A stretch of 64,000 bases of DNA from Candidatus Yanofskybacteria bacterium RIFCSPHIGHO2_01_FULL_44_24 (GCA_001794215.1 MGJK01000011.1:3170-67169); one strand, 5' to 3'. Numbered from the stretch's first letter, positions 18,791-28,014 are shown. A program made the numbers and translations. Notes: a model not told the origin generated them from the letters alone.

Positions 18791-20926
18791 TCATTTCTTC
18801 CCCTCAACTATCAACTGGGCGATATTGTTCGGAACGGGCTCATAATGATCGAACTCCATATTAAACGTCCCCCGGCCCTCTGTCAACGACCTCAGGGCCG
18901 TAGCATATCCGAACATTTCAGATAGCGGAACACGCGATTCGATAACCTTAAGATTAAGGGGGCTTCGGTCATTAATGCTCAATATCTGTCCCCTTCTTGA
19001 AGCTAAATCTCCGGTTGATTCGCCCAAGCATTTTTCAGGAGTTATTATCTCAACTTTCATAATAGGTTCAAGTAAAATAGGCTTAGCTCTTTTGGCGGCC
19101 TCCTGCAGGGCGGTCGAGGCGGCAATCTTGAAGGCCACCTCTGAAGAATCGACTTCGTGGTATGAACCGTCATAAAGAGTCACCATCATATCAACCAAAG
19201 GAAAACCGGCAACAACTCCCTTATCCATAGCTTCACGAACTCCTTTTTCGGAAGGCGTGACAAACTCCTGAGGAATAGATCCTCCTTTTATGGCATTAAC
19301 GAATTCGTAGCCCTGTCCCCTTTCCTTGGGTTCGACTCTCAACCAAACATGGCCATACTGACCGCGACCGCCGGACTGTCTGATGTATTTACCCTCCGCT
19401 TCGGCCGTGCCGGAAATTGTTTCTTTATAAGCAACCTGAGGACGTCCGACGTTCAATCCAACGCCGAATTCCCTTTTCATCCGATCAACGATTATTTCTA
19501 AATGAAGCTCTCCCATACCCGATATGATAGTTTCTGCAGTTTCTTCATCGCTTCTTATCCTGAAAGTAGGATCCTCATCGGAAAGTTTTCTGAGCGCAAG
19601 ACTCATTTTTTCCTGATCAGCCTTGGTCTTGGGTTCCGCCCTCAAAGATATGACGGGTTCAGGAACATCTATACCCTCTAAAACTACGGGAACAGAGGGA
19701 TCGCAGAGAGTATCGCCTGTCTTAGTGGCTTTCAGACCAACCGTCGCCGCTATATTACCGGCGTATATCTCCTTTATTTCTTCTCTTTCATTGGCGTGCA
19801 ATCTGACAATACGGCTTATGCGCTCCTGCTGGCCGGTTCGGGTATTTAAAACATAAGAGCCGGAAGCAAGCTTTCCGGAATAAACACGAAAGAAAGTAAG
19901 AGATCCGACGAAAGGATCGGTAGCCGTTTTGAAAGCTAATGCGGCAAACGGAGCATTGTCATCAGGCGAAATAGTCATATCCTTTCCGGTCTTCTGATCA
20001 ACGGCATTGGTCGCTGAAATATCAACTGGGGAGGGCAAATAATACGCTACTGCATCTAAAACAAGCTGGACGCCCTTATTCTTTAGCGCTGATCCGCAAA
20101 GAACGGGGAAAATTTTATTTTCGATAGTCGCCCTACGAATAATTTTCCTCAATCTTTCGACAGAGATCTCCTTTCCATCGAGGTATTCAGCCATAGCTTC
20201 ATCGTCCTGCTCGACAATCCTTTCAATAGCAGCAGCTCTTTCTTGCTTAGCCTTATCAGCTAAATCGGCCGGAATAGCACCTTTGACTATCTTCTCACCC
20301 TTATCGCCCTCAAATGTGTAATATTCCATTGTCAAGAGATCGACGATTCCCTTGAACTGATCCTCGTGACCGTCGGGAATCTGAAGCTTCACCGCATGAG
20401 GTGATAACCTTTCTAAAATTGATTGAAATGAACGGTCGAAAGATGCACCAAGACGATCAAGCTTATTGATAAAACAAACCCGGGGAACCTTATAATCATC
20501 CGCGTACCTCCAGTTAGTTTCAGATTGGGGTTCAACTCCGGCGACACCGTCAAAAACGACAACCGCACCGTCGAGGACCCGCAAAGAACGCTTAACTTCA
20601 ATTGTAAAATCGATATGCCCGGGAGTATCTATAATGTTCAGCTTGACCTTCTCGTCTTCCCGCCCTTGGCGAGGCTCGCCTTCAGCGGCCTTGTTCTTGG
20701 CATCCGTTGGAGACCAATAGGCAGTCGTGGCAGCAGCAGTAATAGTAATTCCCCTCTCCCGCTCCTGTTCCATCCAATCCATTACCGTATCACCCTCGTG
20801 AACTTCTCCTATCTTATGCGAAATTCCTGTATAAAAAAGAATCCTCTCCGAGGTTGTGGTTTTGCCCGCATCAATATGGGCAATGACGCCGAAGTTTCTA
20901 ATTTTATTTATTGGATAATCCGCCAT
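18791..20926 (-). CDS. fusA: Elongation factor G
   Basis: AHIDAGKTT, ERGITI, DTPGH, NKLD, GMGELHLE. Confidence 0.99.
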   Translation of the reverse strand: MADYPINKIRNFGVIAHIDAGKTTTSERILFYTGISHKIGEVHEGDTVMDWMEQERERGITITAAATTAYWSPTDAKNKAAEGEPRQGREDEKVKLNIIDTPGHIDFTIEVKRSLRVLDGAVVVFDGVAGVEPQSETNWRYADDYKVPRVCFINKLDRLGASFDRSFQSILERLSPHAVKLQIPDGHEDQFKGIVDLLTMEYYTFEGDKGEKIVKGAIPADLADKAKQERAAAIERIVEQDDEAMAEYLDGKEISVERLRKIIRRATIENKIFPVLCGSALKNKGVQLVLDAVAYYLPSPVDISATNAVDQKTGKDMTISPDDNAPFAALAFKTATDPFVGSLTFFRVYSGKLASGSYVLNTRTGQQERISRIVRLHANEREEIKEIYAGNIAATVGLKATKTGDTLCDPSVPVVLEGIDVPEPVISLRAEPKTKADQEKMSLALRKLSDEDPTFRIRSDEETAETIISGMGELHLEIIVDRMKREFGVGLNVGRPQVAYKETISGTAEAEGKYIRQSGGRGQYGHVWLRVEPKERGQGYEFVNAIKGGSIPQEFVTPSEKGVREAMDKGVVAGFPLVDMMVTLYDGSYHEVDSSEVAFKIAASTALQEAAKRAKPILLEPIMKVEIITPEKCLGESTGDLASRRGQILSINDRSPLNLKVIESRVPLSEMFGYATALRSLTEGRGTFNMEFDHYEPVPNNIAQLIVEGKK

Positions 20927-20980
20927 AATTATAACTTGCTGACCGCTCTGCTGAGCTTCGCCCTAAAGCAGTGCGCTCTT

Positions 20981-21070
20981 GGTCAACTTCTTCGTTAAAA
21001 GCTCCGATCCTCCCTCGTCATACTATGGGTATGCCTCGTTTCGGTCCTCGCTTTTGCCTTGAATTTGGCC
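20981..21070 (-). repeat. Structured palindromic element (AGGC..CGAGGC..TA..CGAG..AACGAAG family)
   Basis: Reverse complement aligns by eye with 21351-21438. Confidence 0.75.
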
Positions 21071-21092
21071 AAGCCAGCTACGTTCTAAAAAA

Positions 21093-21296
21093 CTAATACT
21101 TTTTTAACAAATGATTCAGAATTTTTAAAAGTGGCTTCCTCCAATCCTTTTCAAGCTGTGTTCGAATAAGATTAACAGTTTTTTTATCCTCTGATGACAG
21201 TTTATATTTTTCCAACTTATAAATCTTCGCTGATATTTGGTAATCTCGTTTTTCTCCTAAAACATATCTTTTTTGATCTTTTAAACTAACCTTCAT
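21093..21296 (-). CDS. Small basic hypothetical protein between rpsG and fusA
   Basis: 67-aa AT-rich ORF bracketed by two inverted structured repeats. Confidence 0.6.
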   Translation of the reverse strand: MKVSLKDQKRYVLGEKRDYQISAKIYKLEKYKLSSEDKKTVNLIRTQLEKDWRKPLLKILNHLLKKY

Positions 21297-21350
21297 TTAT
21301 TTAAATCTTTAATGACTCCTTACGCTTACTTAAAAAATTAATCTGTTTAT

Positions 21351-21438
21351 GCCAAGTTCGAGGCAAAATCGAGTATTGATTCGAGGCGTAGTTAGCCTAC
21401 GGCGAGAATCAAACGGAGATTTTAACGAAGGAATTGGC
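21351..21438 (+). repeat. Structured palindromic element, inverted partner of 20981-21070
   Basis: GCCAAGTTCGAGGCAAAATCGAG...CGAGGCGTAGTTAGCCTACGGCGAG...TTTTAACGAAGGAATTGGC. Confidence 0.75.
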
Positions 21439-21501
21439 TAAACCCAAAGGGCATGTCGTCGGCCTAAAGATTCTTATCAGGCCAGACATGCAGATAATTT
21501 T

Positions 21502-21969
21502 TTACCAAGCAAAGTGAGCGAAAGCCTTGTTGGCTTCTGCCATTCTATGCACATCCATCTTCTTCTTGATTGCATTTCCGGTATTATTGAAGGCATTGAT
21601 CAATTCCTCGGCGAGTTTTTCCTCCATCGGTTTGCCTTTCTGAGACTGAGCAGATTCTATGATCCAGCGCATCGCAAGAGCGACTCTTCTCTCGGGCCTT
21701 ACTTCTACAGGAACCTGATAGTTGGCTCCGCCTATTCTTCGCGATCTTAATTCCATATTGGGCCCGGTATTTTCAAGAGCTTTATCGAAAACCTCTAAGG
21801 GCGGTTTTTGTGTCTTCTGCTCTATAATATCTAAAGCGCCGTAGACTATTTTAGTAGCTATCGCCTTTTTACCGGACTTCATGATTTTATTGATGAGCTT
21901 GGAAATCAAAACATTCGAATACTTTATATCCGGTTTTGCTATATTTCTTTTTTTAACTGGTCTGCGCAT
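21502..21969 (-). CDS. rpsG: 30S ribosomal protein S7
   Basis: [34 protein letters not shown]. Confidence 0.98.
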   Translation of the reverse strand: MRRPVKKRNIAKPDIKYSNVLISKLINKIMKSGKKAIATKIVYGALDIIEQKTQKPPLEVFDKALENTGPNMELRSRRIGGANYQVPVEVRPERRVALAMRWIIESAQSQKGKPMEEKLAEELINAFNNTGNAIKKKMDVHRMAEANKAFAHFAW

Positions 21970-22047
21970 TCGCGGGTTAAAAGTCCATCAAGTTCTTAAA
22001 GTTAATAAAGTACTTTACAAACTTTATAACTTTACAAACTTTATAAA

Positions 22048-22089
22048 CTATTTCTTAGGTCTCTTCGCTCCGTATTTGCTCCTCTGTTG
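22048..22089 (-). pseudogene. Detached, synonymously recoded duplicate of the rpsL 3' end
   Basis: CAA CAG AGG AGC AAA TAC GGA GCG AAG AGA CCT AAG AAA TAG = [13 protein letters not shown]. Confidence 0.85.
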
Positions 22090-22157
22090 TCCCGATTTTG
22101 TTCATCGGAACGATGACTACAAAATCGTGGATCCACGATTTGCCCTGCAAATCGGGA
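22090..22157. mobile_element. 68-bp TCCCGAT...ATCGTGGATCCACGAT...ATCGGGA double-hairpin element
   Basis: Terminal IR, central 16-bp palindrome, flanked by TG|CA; same architecture as 53163-55911. Confidence 0.75.
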
Positions 22158-22162
22158 CATTC

Positions 22163-22573
22163 TTACTTCGGACGCTTTGCACCATATTTCGATCTCTGTT
22201 GTTTACGGCCTTCAACTCCTGAAGCATCGAGCATGCCTCTCACTATATGATACCTGATTCCGGGCAAATCCTTTACCCTTCCTCCCCGGATTACAACCAC
22301 CGAGTGTTCCTGCAGGTTATGCCCTATGCCAGGAATATATGCCGTAACCTCCATACCATTGGTCAACCGGACTCGGGCTATTTTTCTTAAGGCCGAGTTA
22401 GGCTTCTTCGGAGTGGTGGTCTTTACCTGAAGGCATACCCCCCTTTTAAACGAGGCTGGGTAGTAGATGGGTTTGTTTTGCAGGGTATTAAAGCCAAACG
22501 TCAAAGCCGGCGACTTGGTTTTCGCTCGCGTAATATTTCGAGGTTTTTTCAATAGTTGTCGAAAGGTTGGCAA
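22163..22573 (-). CDS. rpsL: 30S ribosomal protein S12
   Basis: [28 protein letters not shown]; TTG start at (L)PTFRQL. Confidence 0.98.
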   Translation of the reverse strand: MPTFRQLLKKPRNITRAKTKSPALTFGFNTLQNKPIYYPASFKRGVCLQVKTTTPKKPNSALRKIARVRLTNGMEVTAYIPGIGHNLQEHSVVVIRGGRVKDLPGIRYHIVRGMLDASGVEGRKQQRSKYGAKRPK

Positions 22574-22722
22574 TGGCTTAAGGCTCAACGACTAATAGCT
22601 AAGGCCGAATAAAATAATCTTCTCTTCTGGCTTTAAGCTTTAGACATTGGCTTTTTGGTTCATCAATCAAAAAGACCGATCAGGTCCTTGAGATTATAGC
22701 AAAAGATATTATCCCATGTCAA

Positions 22723-23343
22723 TCAAAAGCCTACTCCCGTTATAAACTTAAAGGCGAGGAAAACCAGCGGGAATATGAGCGGGAATATAAAGAACAGAAA
22801 AAATATAAATATAAACATGCTATAGCGATACATGAAATTCCTTAAACCGACCATCCTGCTCGGAAGAAAAGTCATCAGCAACCAGTGGCCGTCTAACGGC
22901 GGAATAGGAAAAAGATTAAATAAAGCCAAGACAAGGTTCAGGCTTACTATGAAAGAAAGCAGTTGAGGAATAAGAGAAGAAGAAAAAACGTCCGGAAGAA
23001 ACCTGAGAGTCAGGCCGAATAAAACAGCAAGGATAAGGTTGGTAATCGGCCCGGCAATGGCTACTTTGGCCGGTCCGTACTTTCGATCAGAGAGATTGTC
23101 GGGATTGTATGGCACCGGTTTGGCATATCCGAATATAAACGGGGCATTTACTAAAAACAAAAACAGCGGGAGAACGATGGATCCGAAAATATCCAAATGC
23201 TTAATGGGGTTAAGGGTTAGTCTCCCTAAATTTTTAGCCGTGGGGTCGCCTAATGCATTGGCAATCGCGCCATGGGCTACTTCGTGGATCACTACCGAGT
23301 AAAGAAGCACTAAAACCTGAAAGATGGCTAACAAAATATCCAT
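22723..23343 (-). CDS. Site-2 protease (M50) family
   Basis: HEVAH, AGPITN, NLFPIPPLDG. Confidence 0.93.
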   Translation of the reverse strand: MDILLAIFQVLVLLYSVVIHEVAHGAIANALGDPTAKNLGRLTLNPIKHLDIFGSIVLPLFLFLVNAPFIFGYAKPVPYNPDNLSDRKYGPAKVAIAGPITNLILAVLFGLTLRFLPDVFSSSLIPQLLSFIVSLNLVLALFNLFPIPPLDGHWLLMTFLPSRMVGLRNFMYRYSMFIFIFFLFFIFPLIFPLVFLAFKFITGVGF

Positions 23344-23379
23344 ACCTTGAAATGTTAGCAAGTTTGGGGTATACTGACA

Positions 23380-23514
23380 AGCAAAATCCTAAGCACGAAA
23401 TCCTAAATCCTAAACAAGGCTTGGAAATCTTAAATTCAAAATAATAAAAACTTTGAATTTTGGAAATTTGAGCTTAGATATTGTTTCGAATTTAGATATT
23501 CGAATTTCGAATTT
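23380..23514. repeat. Heptamer-arm hairpin (family E: AAATCCT / AATTTCG)
   Basis: AAATCCTAAGCACGAAATCCTAAATCCTAAAC ... GAATTTAGATATTCGAATTTCGAATTT ending at the rpmB ATG; related at 39395-39526 and 62050-62190. Confidence 0.8.
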
Positions 23515-23724
23515 ATGGCAACCAGATGTCCAAATTGCGGCAAAAAACCGATCATGGTCACTACTCGAAAGCTCCTTCGAGGTCATTATAATCCGACCAA
23601 CCGATCCAAGAGCTACCCAAACCTCCAATGGGCCAAGATCCAGGACAAAACAGCTCCTACTGGCTGGCGACGGGTAAAAATCTGTACTGACTGCATCAAG
23701 ACCCTCAATAAAGCCACCAAGTAA
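23515..23724 (+). CDS. rpmB: 50S ribosomal protein L28
   Basis: CPNCGK...PNLQ...ICTDCIKT Zn-type L28. Confidence 0.85.
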   Translation: MATRCPNCGKKPIMVTTRKLLRGHYNPTNRSKSYPNLQWAKIQDKTAPTGWRRVKICTDCIKTLNKATK

Positions 23725-23725
23725 A

Positions 23726-24673
23726 TTGATCAGGGAATCTATTAAGACGCAACGCGATCCTTCCATTATCTCTGAAGCCGAAGAGAGGACCTTTGGGTTA
23801 CTCGTCGAACGGCACAGAACGAACGCCATAAGGATGGAGGATTTTATAGGTAGAGAGGGTTACAGCCGAGAAGGCATAGAGCGCGACCACCTAAGCGTAG
23901 AGTCGAAAAAAGCCCGCATTAAAGAACAGGGGACAGAACCTACGAAAAGAGCCCAGATACTTGAGGCTCTGCTTGCTGAACAGATTGAACTTAGCGACTG
24001 GTTCGGGCCAAGCGCATTAACAATCCTCCCCTCCGAATATGACGACTTGTACAACGGGGTTGATACGGCTATCGAATTTGAAGACAAAGACGGTTTTCAA
24101 TATTTAGCGGCGGGAGTAGATATTACATCCTCGGCTCAAGCTGTTCAGGAAAAAATAGCTAAAATCAAAAAACGAATCGCCGAGGGGAAGTTAACAAGAA
24201 TTAAATATTTTGAGTCCGAAAGAAATAAAGATCGTAAGCCTGGCCCCTTAGAACAGGTCCCCTTGCTGATAATAGGAACTGAGGGCCGAACAATCAGAGA
24301 ACTGTCCGAACTGTGGCTTACTATCCATAGGACTAAATTGGCCAAAAAAGACGGCGGTACTGTCTTATCGGAAGAATCTCAAGCGAACCAAAGACAGATA
24401 ACTAAAGAAGCTCAGAAAAAAATAGCCGAACACCGAATTCAGATCATGCTCTTAGAGCAGATAGAAAAGCAACTGACGGTTTTCATGGAATACGCTAAAA
24501 AGATCAAGAAAAACGAAATAGCCAAGAAATATGAAGACCTGCTTGAATTAATAAGGGAGATACTCAAAGAAAAAGAGATAACTGACGAGGATCAGGAAAA
24601 AAACGAAGAAGACGCAGTAAACGCAGCGATAGAAGAGACCTTGATGCAATTTGATTCATTGCCCATAGATTAA
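23726..24673 (+). CDS. Hypothetical charged protein
   Basis: 315-aa ORF; SEYDD..NGVD...GVDIT segment is reminiscent of a PD-(D/E)xK-like fold (inference). Confidence 0.7.
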   Translation: MIRESIKTQRDPSIISEAEERTFGLLVERHRTNAIRMEDFIGREGYSREGIERDHLSVESKKARIKEQGTEPTKRAQILEALLAEQIELSDWFGPSALTILPSEYDDLYNGVDTAIEFEDKDGFQYLAAGVDITSSAQAVQEKIAKIKKRIAEGKLTRIKYFESERNKDRKPGPLEQVPLLIIGTEGRTIRELSELWLTIHRTKLAKKDGGTVLSEESQANQRQITKEAQKKIAEHRIQIMLLEQIEKQLTVFMEYAKKIKKNEIAKKYEDLLELIREILKEKEITDEDQEKNEEDAVNAAIEETLMQFDSLPID

Positions 24674-24816
24674 CCAATTCGGGCCCTCACACCCACTAAC
24701 CACCTGCTGCTTTTATTTCCACGTAAAGATAAATTGGTCCCTGATATATTTTACTTCTGAATGGGATCATGTTGCATGGCAGCTACTAAGAAACATGTGG
24801 TTAGTAGGTGTCAGGG

Positions 24817-24887
24817 CGGGCTGTCGGATAATGGTAGTCCGTACCCTTGGGGTGGGTATAGCCCGAGTTCGATTCTCGGCAGCCCGA
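24817..24887 (+). tRNA. tRNA-Pro(GGG)
   Basis: CGGGCTG/CAGCCCG acceptor, TACCC-TTGGGGT-GGGTA anticodon arm, CCGAG-TTCGATT-CTCGG T arm; no encoded CCA. Confidence 0.92.
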
Positions 24888-24974
24888 CTGAACGAAGTGA
24901 AGGAGGTCTCGAGCCGATTATTAAGGCGAGAGACAAGACATATTCAAAAACAGGTTCGATGCCTGTTTTTGAAT
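24884..24974 (+). repeat. Structured direct repeat, copy 1 (begins in tRNA-Pro 3' end)
   Basis: Matches 25724-25807. Confidence 0.85.
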
Positions 24975-25022
24975 TGGGCGGCATGGTTTACTTTGGAACT
25001 TTTTGGTGATTAAATTAAGATT

Positions 25023-25697
25023 ATGCCAGACGAATGGTCAGATCAACAATTTGCAGAAGATTGGGATAGTGGAGGTGCGACAAAACATCCTGTAAGAAAA
25101 GAGCACTTAGACATTCTCCTATCTATTATTTCGAGTAATTATTCTTCGGGTAAATATATCCTTGATTTAGGTTATGGTTCTGGCCAGGTAGAAGAAATGA
25201 TCTATCAACGGATACCAGATGCCCGAATAGTCGGAACCGACAATTCAGATGTTATGATAAGACTGTCAAAAAAGAGATTGGGCGATAAATTTTCTAAACT
25301 AACTGTTATAAATCATGGCCTAGAAAATGTAGAATCTCTCAAATTACCAAAAGTAAATTATCAATATGTAATCAGCGTCCAAGCCCTGCATCACCTGAAG
25401 CACGATCAACAGAAAGATATTTTTAAATTTGCTTATAATACCTTAGAAATAGGCGGAAGCTTTATATTTATAGATAGGATTGCCCTTGATATTAAAACAT
25501 TTGAAAAACCATATAAGGCTATCTATGAGAATATGTTCGGCAAAGCTTTTGAAGAATATGTTAAGGACATCGCGCAGAAAGAAGATTATCCAGCGAGCCC
25601 AGAAGAGCATATCGCTTGGCTAGAAAGAATCGGTTTTAAGGCTACCTGTCTAAATAAGAAATTCGACAGGGCATTCATAGTTGGCATCAAGGCTTAG
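25023..25697 (+). CDS. Class I SAM-dependent methyltransferase
   Basis: ILDLGYGSG motif I, ISVQALHHL, L..GGSFIFID. Confidence 0.9.
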   Translation: MPDEWSDQQFAEDWDSGGATKHPVRKEHLDILLSIISSNYSSGKYILDLGYGSGQVEEMIYQRIPDARIVGTDNSDVMIRLSKKRLGDKFSKLTVINHGLENVESLKLPKVNYQYVISVQALHHLKHDQQKDIFKFAYNTLEIGGSFIFIDRIALDIKTFEKPYKAIYENMFGKAFEEYVKDIAQKEDYPASPEEHIAWLERIGFKATCLNKKFDRAFIVGIKA

Positions 25698-25723
25698 TTC
25701 CGTTCCAACTTCCTCCCACAAAG

Positions 25724-25807
25724 CCGACTGAAGTGAAGGAGGTCTCGAGCCGATTAAGGCGAGAGACAAGACATATTCATAAATAGGCTCGATGCCTATT
25801 TATGAAT
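25724..25807 (+). repeat. Structured direct repeat, copy 2
   Basis: CCGACTGAA GTGAAGGAGGTCTCGAGCCGAT TAAGGCGAGAGACAAGACATATTCA + hairpin. Confidence 0.85.
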
Positions 25808-25812
25808 CTATA

Positions 25813-25899
25813 TCCACCTAAAAACCGCCTTCCAGGCGAAGTTTCTTATAAGCGTGCTTTAGCCGCTTATAGAATCGCCTCCGGCGGTTTTTAGGTGGA
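25813..25899. repeat. Palindromic element / possible terminator
   Basis: 17-bp IR TCCACCTAAAAACCGCC / GGCGGTTTTTAGGTGGA with internal hairpin. Confidence 0.65.
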
Positions 25900-26216
25900 C
25901 CCATCCTTTGTCTCAAGTCTTCAGCTTTGTTTTTGAACCCGTTCTAAAGCTCTCCATTCTACTGCAATTTTAATATTTGGATTACGACTTCAAGAAAATT
26001 TTTCGACGTAGTTACCACTATGCCTTAAAATTTTCTTTTCGTCTCTTCTCAAATCTTAAAATTTCGTAACGAATAAGAACTTCAGAACGGGTTCACAGTG
26101 GGTGTCCGCAGAATAATCCCTCGGAATCCCCAAACATGAGGCTTCACCGGAATTATAGAATATAAGACTCCCCGATAAGACAATTTGTTCTAAAGCTTGG
26201 AAACAAAAGAAGAGCC
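25897..26216 (-). ncRNA. ssrS: Probable 6S RNA (SsrS) with a ~160-nt structured insertion
   Basis: TGCTATAAT extended -10 at 26224-26232; 5' CTTTTGTTTCCAAG pairs with 3' CTTGAGACAAAGG; GGGAG ... CGGACACCCAC ... CGGGTTCAAAAAC motifs resemble Firmicutes-type 6S. Confidence 0.55.
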
Positions 26217-26291
26217 TAACTTAATTATAGCAGTCCAACCGAAACTAAAAAGTGGATATCTCTACCCACTTTTTAGTAAATTAGGAGAATC

Positions 26292-26768
26292 CTACTCTCC
26301 CCTTTCAACGTCATAGTAGAAGTGAGCGTCTGGCTTATCGTAACCAAAGATCTCAGTTGTTTTAAAATAAAGTTTTATCTCCCTATAGGCGGCTTTTTCA
26401 TCTTCAGATGCATGAATTATATTCCTCGATATGGCACCACTATAGTCGCCCCTTATTGTTCCGGGAGGAGCATTCCTTCCATCAGTCGGGCCACACATAG
26501 TACGCACAACCCTTACCACCTCCAAGCCCTCCAATACAACCAGGACTACCGGCAACATTTGCATGTATTTCTTGGTCGGTTCAAAGAAATGTTTTCCCTT
26601 GTGTTGGGCATAATGCTTATCAAGCAGTAAATCAGACAGCTTAGCCATCTTCATTCCCACTATCTTTATCCCTTTCTGTTCAAACCTATCTATTATTTCA
26701 CCTACAATGCCTCGATGAATCGCATCGGGTTTTAATATAATCAACGTCCGCTGTAACTTATCTGACAT
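26292..26768 (-). CDS. ndk: Nucleoside-diphosphate kinase
   Basis: RTLIILKPDA, PGTIRGDY, NIIHAS. Confidence 0.96.
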   Translation of the reverse strand: MSDKLQRTLIILKPDAIHRGIVGEIIDRFEQKGIKIVGMKMAKLSDLLLDKHYAQHKGKHFFEPTKKYMQMLPVVLVVLEGLEVVRVVRTMCGPTDGRNAPPGTIRGDYSGAISRNIIHASEDEKAAYREIKLYFKTTEIFGYDKPDAHFYYDVERGE

Positions 26769-26770
26769 AA

Positions 26771-27637
26771 TTATTTTTCGGATGATATTAAATAATCAGT
26801 ACCATCGCTAATTAATTTAATATCGCCATTTAAATCATTCCTATAGACTTTTATATCATAATTTCCCAGCCTTTCCAATACTTCAGCTGAAGGATGGCCG
26901 TATTTGTTTTCGGCTCCAACCTGAATAATTCCGACCTGAGGTGTAACTTTATTCAAAAAATCTTCCGTAGTAGAAGTTTTTGATCCATGGTGAGCGACTT
27001 TCAAAACATCTGCATCCAAATCTACTCCGGCCAAAATAAGCTTATTCTCAACCCTTGCTTCCATATCCCCAGTCAATAAAACCCGCAGAGAACCGTACCA
27101 TAGCATCATGACGACCACATCGTTATGAGGATTGGATTCTTCTGTGCCGGCGACGGATTGAAATGGGTGAAGAAGATAAAGAACCACCCCATCGTCAAAA
27201 TTGATTTGCTTACCTATCACCGGTTCGGTTTCTTTTGCACTCTCCCCGGCTACGGCCTCTTGCCAGGCTAAGAATTGGGGCGAGTCATAAGATTCTTTGG
27301 CCTCAACAATGTTTTCCACCCGATAACGATCTAAAACGCCCATGAGTCCGGTAATATGGTCGGAATGGGGATGAGATGCCACCACCATATCAATATCCCG
27401 GTCATAAAACGGCATAACGCTTCCTATGGCCGAAAGAACCTTATTATCCGGCCCGCCATCAATCAAAATCTGATACCCGCTCGGAGTTTCGATAAATATA
27501 GAATCCCCTTGGCCGATGTCGAAGAAGTGGATTTTAAGAAGACCATCTTTTTGGGAGGCGACAGAATAGGTTGAGGATGCGAAGACGAAGAGACAGAGAA
27601 GGATGACGAAATGTATCAATTTAAGCTGTTTCGGCAT
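26771..27637 (-). CDS. ComEC-type metallo-beta-lactamase-fold domain protein
   Basis: FDIGQGDS, SHPHSDHITG, LTGD, KVAHHGS, YGHP. Confidence 0.93.
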   Translation of the reverse strand: MPKQLKLIHFVILLCLFVFASSTYSVASQKDGLLKIHFFDIGQGDSIFIETPSGYQILIDGGPDNKVLSAIGSVMPFYDRDIDMVVASHPHSDHITGLMGVLDRYRVENIVEAKESYDSPQFLAWQEAVAGESAKETEPVIGKQINFDDGVVLYLLHPFQSVAGTEESNPHNDVVVMMLWYGSLRVLLTGDMEARVENKLILAGVDLDADVLKVAHHGSKTSTTEDFLNKVTPQVGIIQVGAENKYGHPSAEVLERLGNYDIKVYRNDLNGDIKLISDGTDYLISSEK

Positions 27638-27696
27638 GAAAATTTAATACCATGAATTTAAATAAAAATAAAAGGACTCTTTCAAGTCCCAAGGAA

Positions 27697-28014
27697 TTAA
27701 TGTCCAGAATAGCGACTTGCTATCTTCTGGGCAGTCTTTTTGATTAGTTCTTTTTCTTCGGGAGTAGCATTCAAATCTTCCGAATTTGCAATAGCGACAA
27801 CGAGCTCAGCGGCATTTGGAGTATCCATCATAAGTCCAGTATACCCGGCACCTACAGTACCAACAACATAAATACCGTTTGGCAAGGTAACCTTTACATA
27901 CGTCACTTCTTTCTCCAAGGAACTGCATAACAACCGATTGGATATTACTACAAGTACTCCCAATTTGTCAATCATTTCACGAAGATATAAGGGTAGGTCG
28001 TCTTCTTTCCCCAC
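27697..28014 (-). CDS. Hypothetical protein
   Basis: 105-aa ORF. Confidence 0.45.
   Translation of the reverse strand: MGKEDDLPLYLREMIDKLGVLVVISNRLLCSSLEKEVTYVKVTLPNGIYVVGTVGAGYTGLMMDTPNAAELVVAIANSEDLNATPEEKELIKKTAQKIASRYSGH

Noticed and set aside
7068-20998. Many plus-strand ORFs over ribosomal protein, tuf and fusA genes
   Set aside because: Antisense shadows of highly conserved minus-strand genes.
22048-22165. Stop-codon readthrough joining rpsL to its duplicate end
   Set aside because: Reading through TAA reaches the duplicate out of frame (ACA ACA rather than CAA CAG), and the 68-nt element is not a multiple of three.
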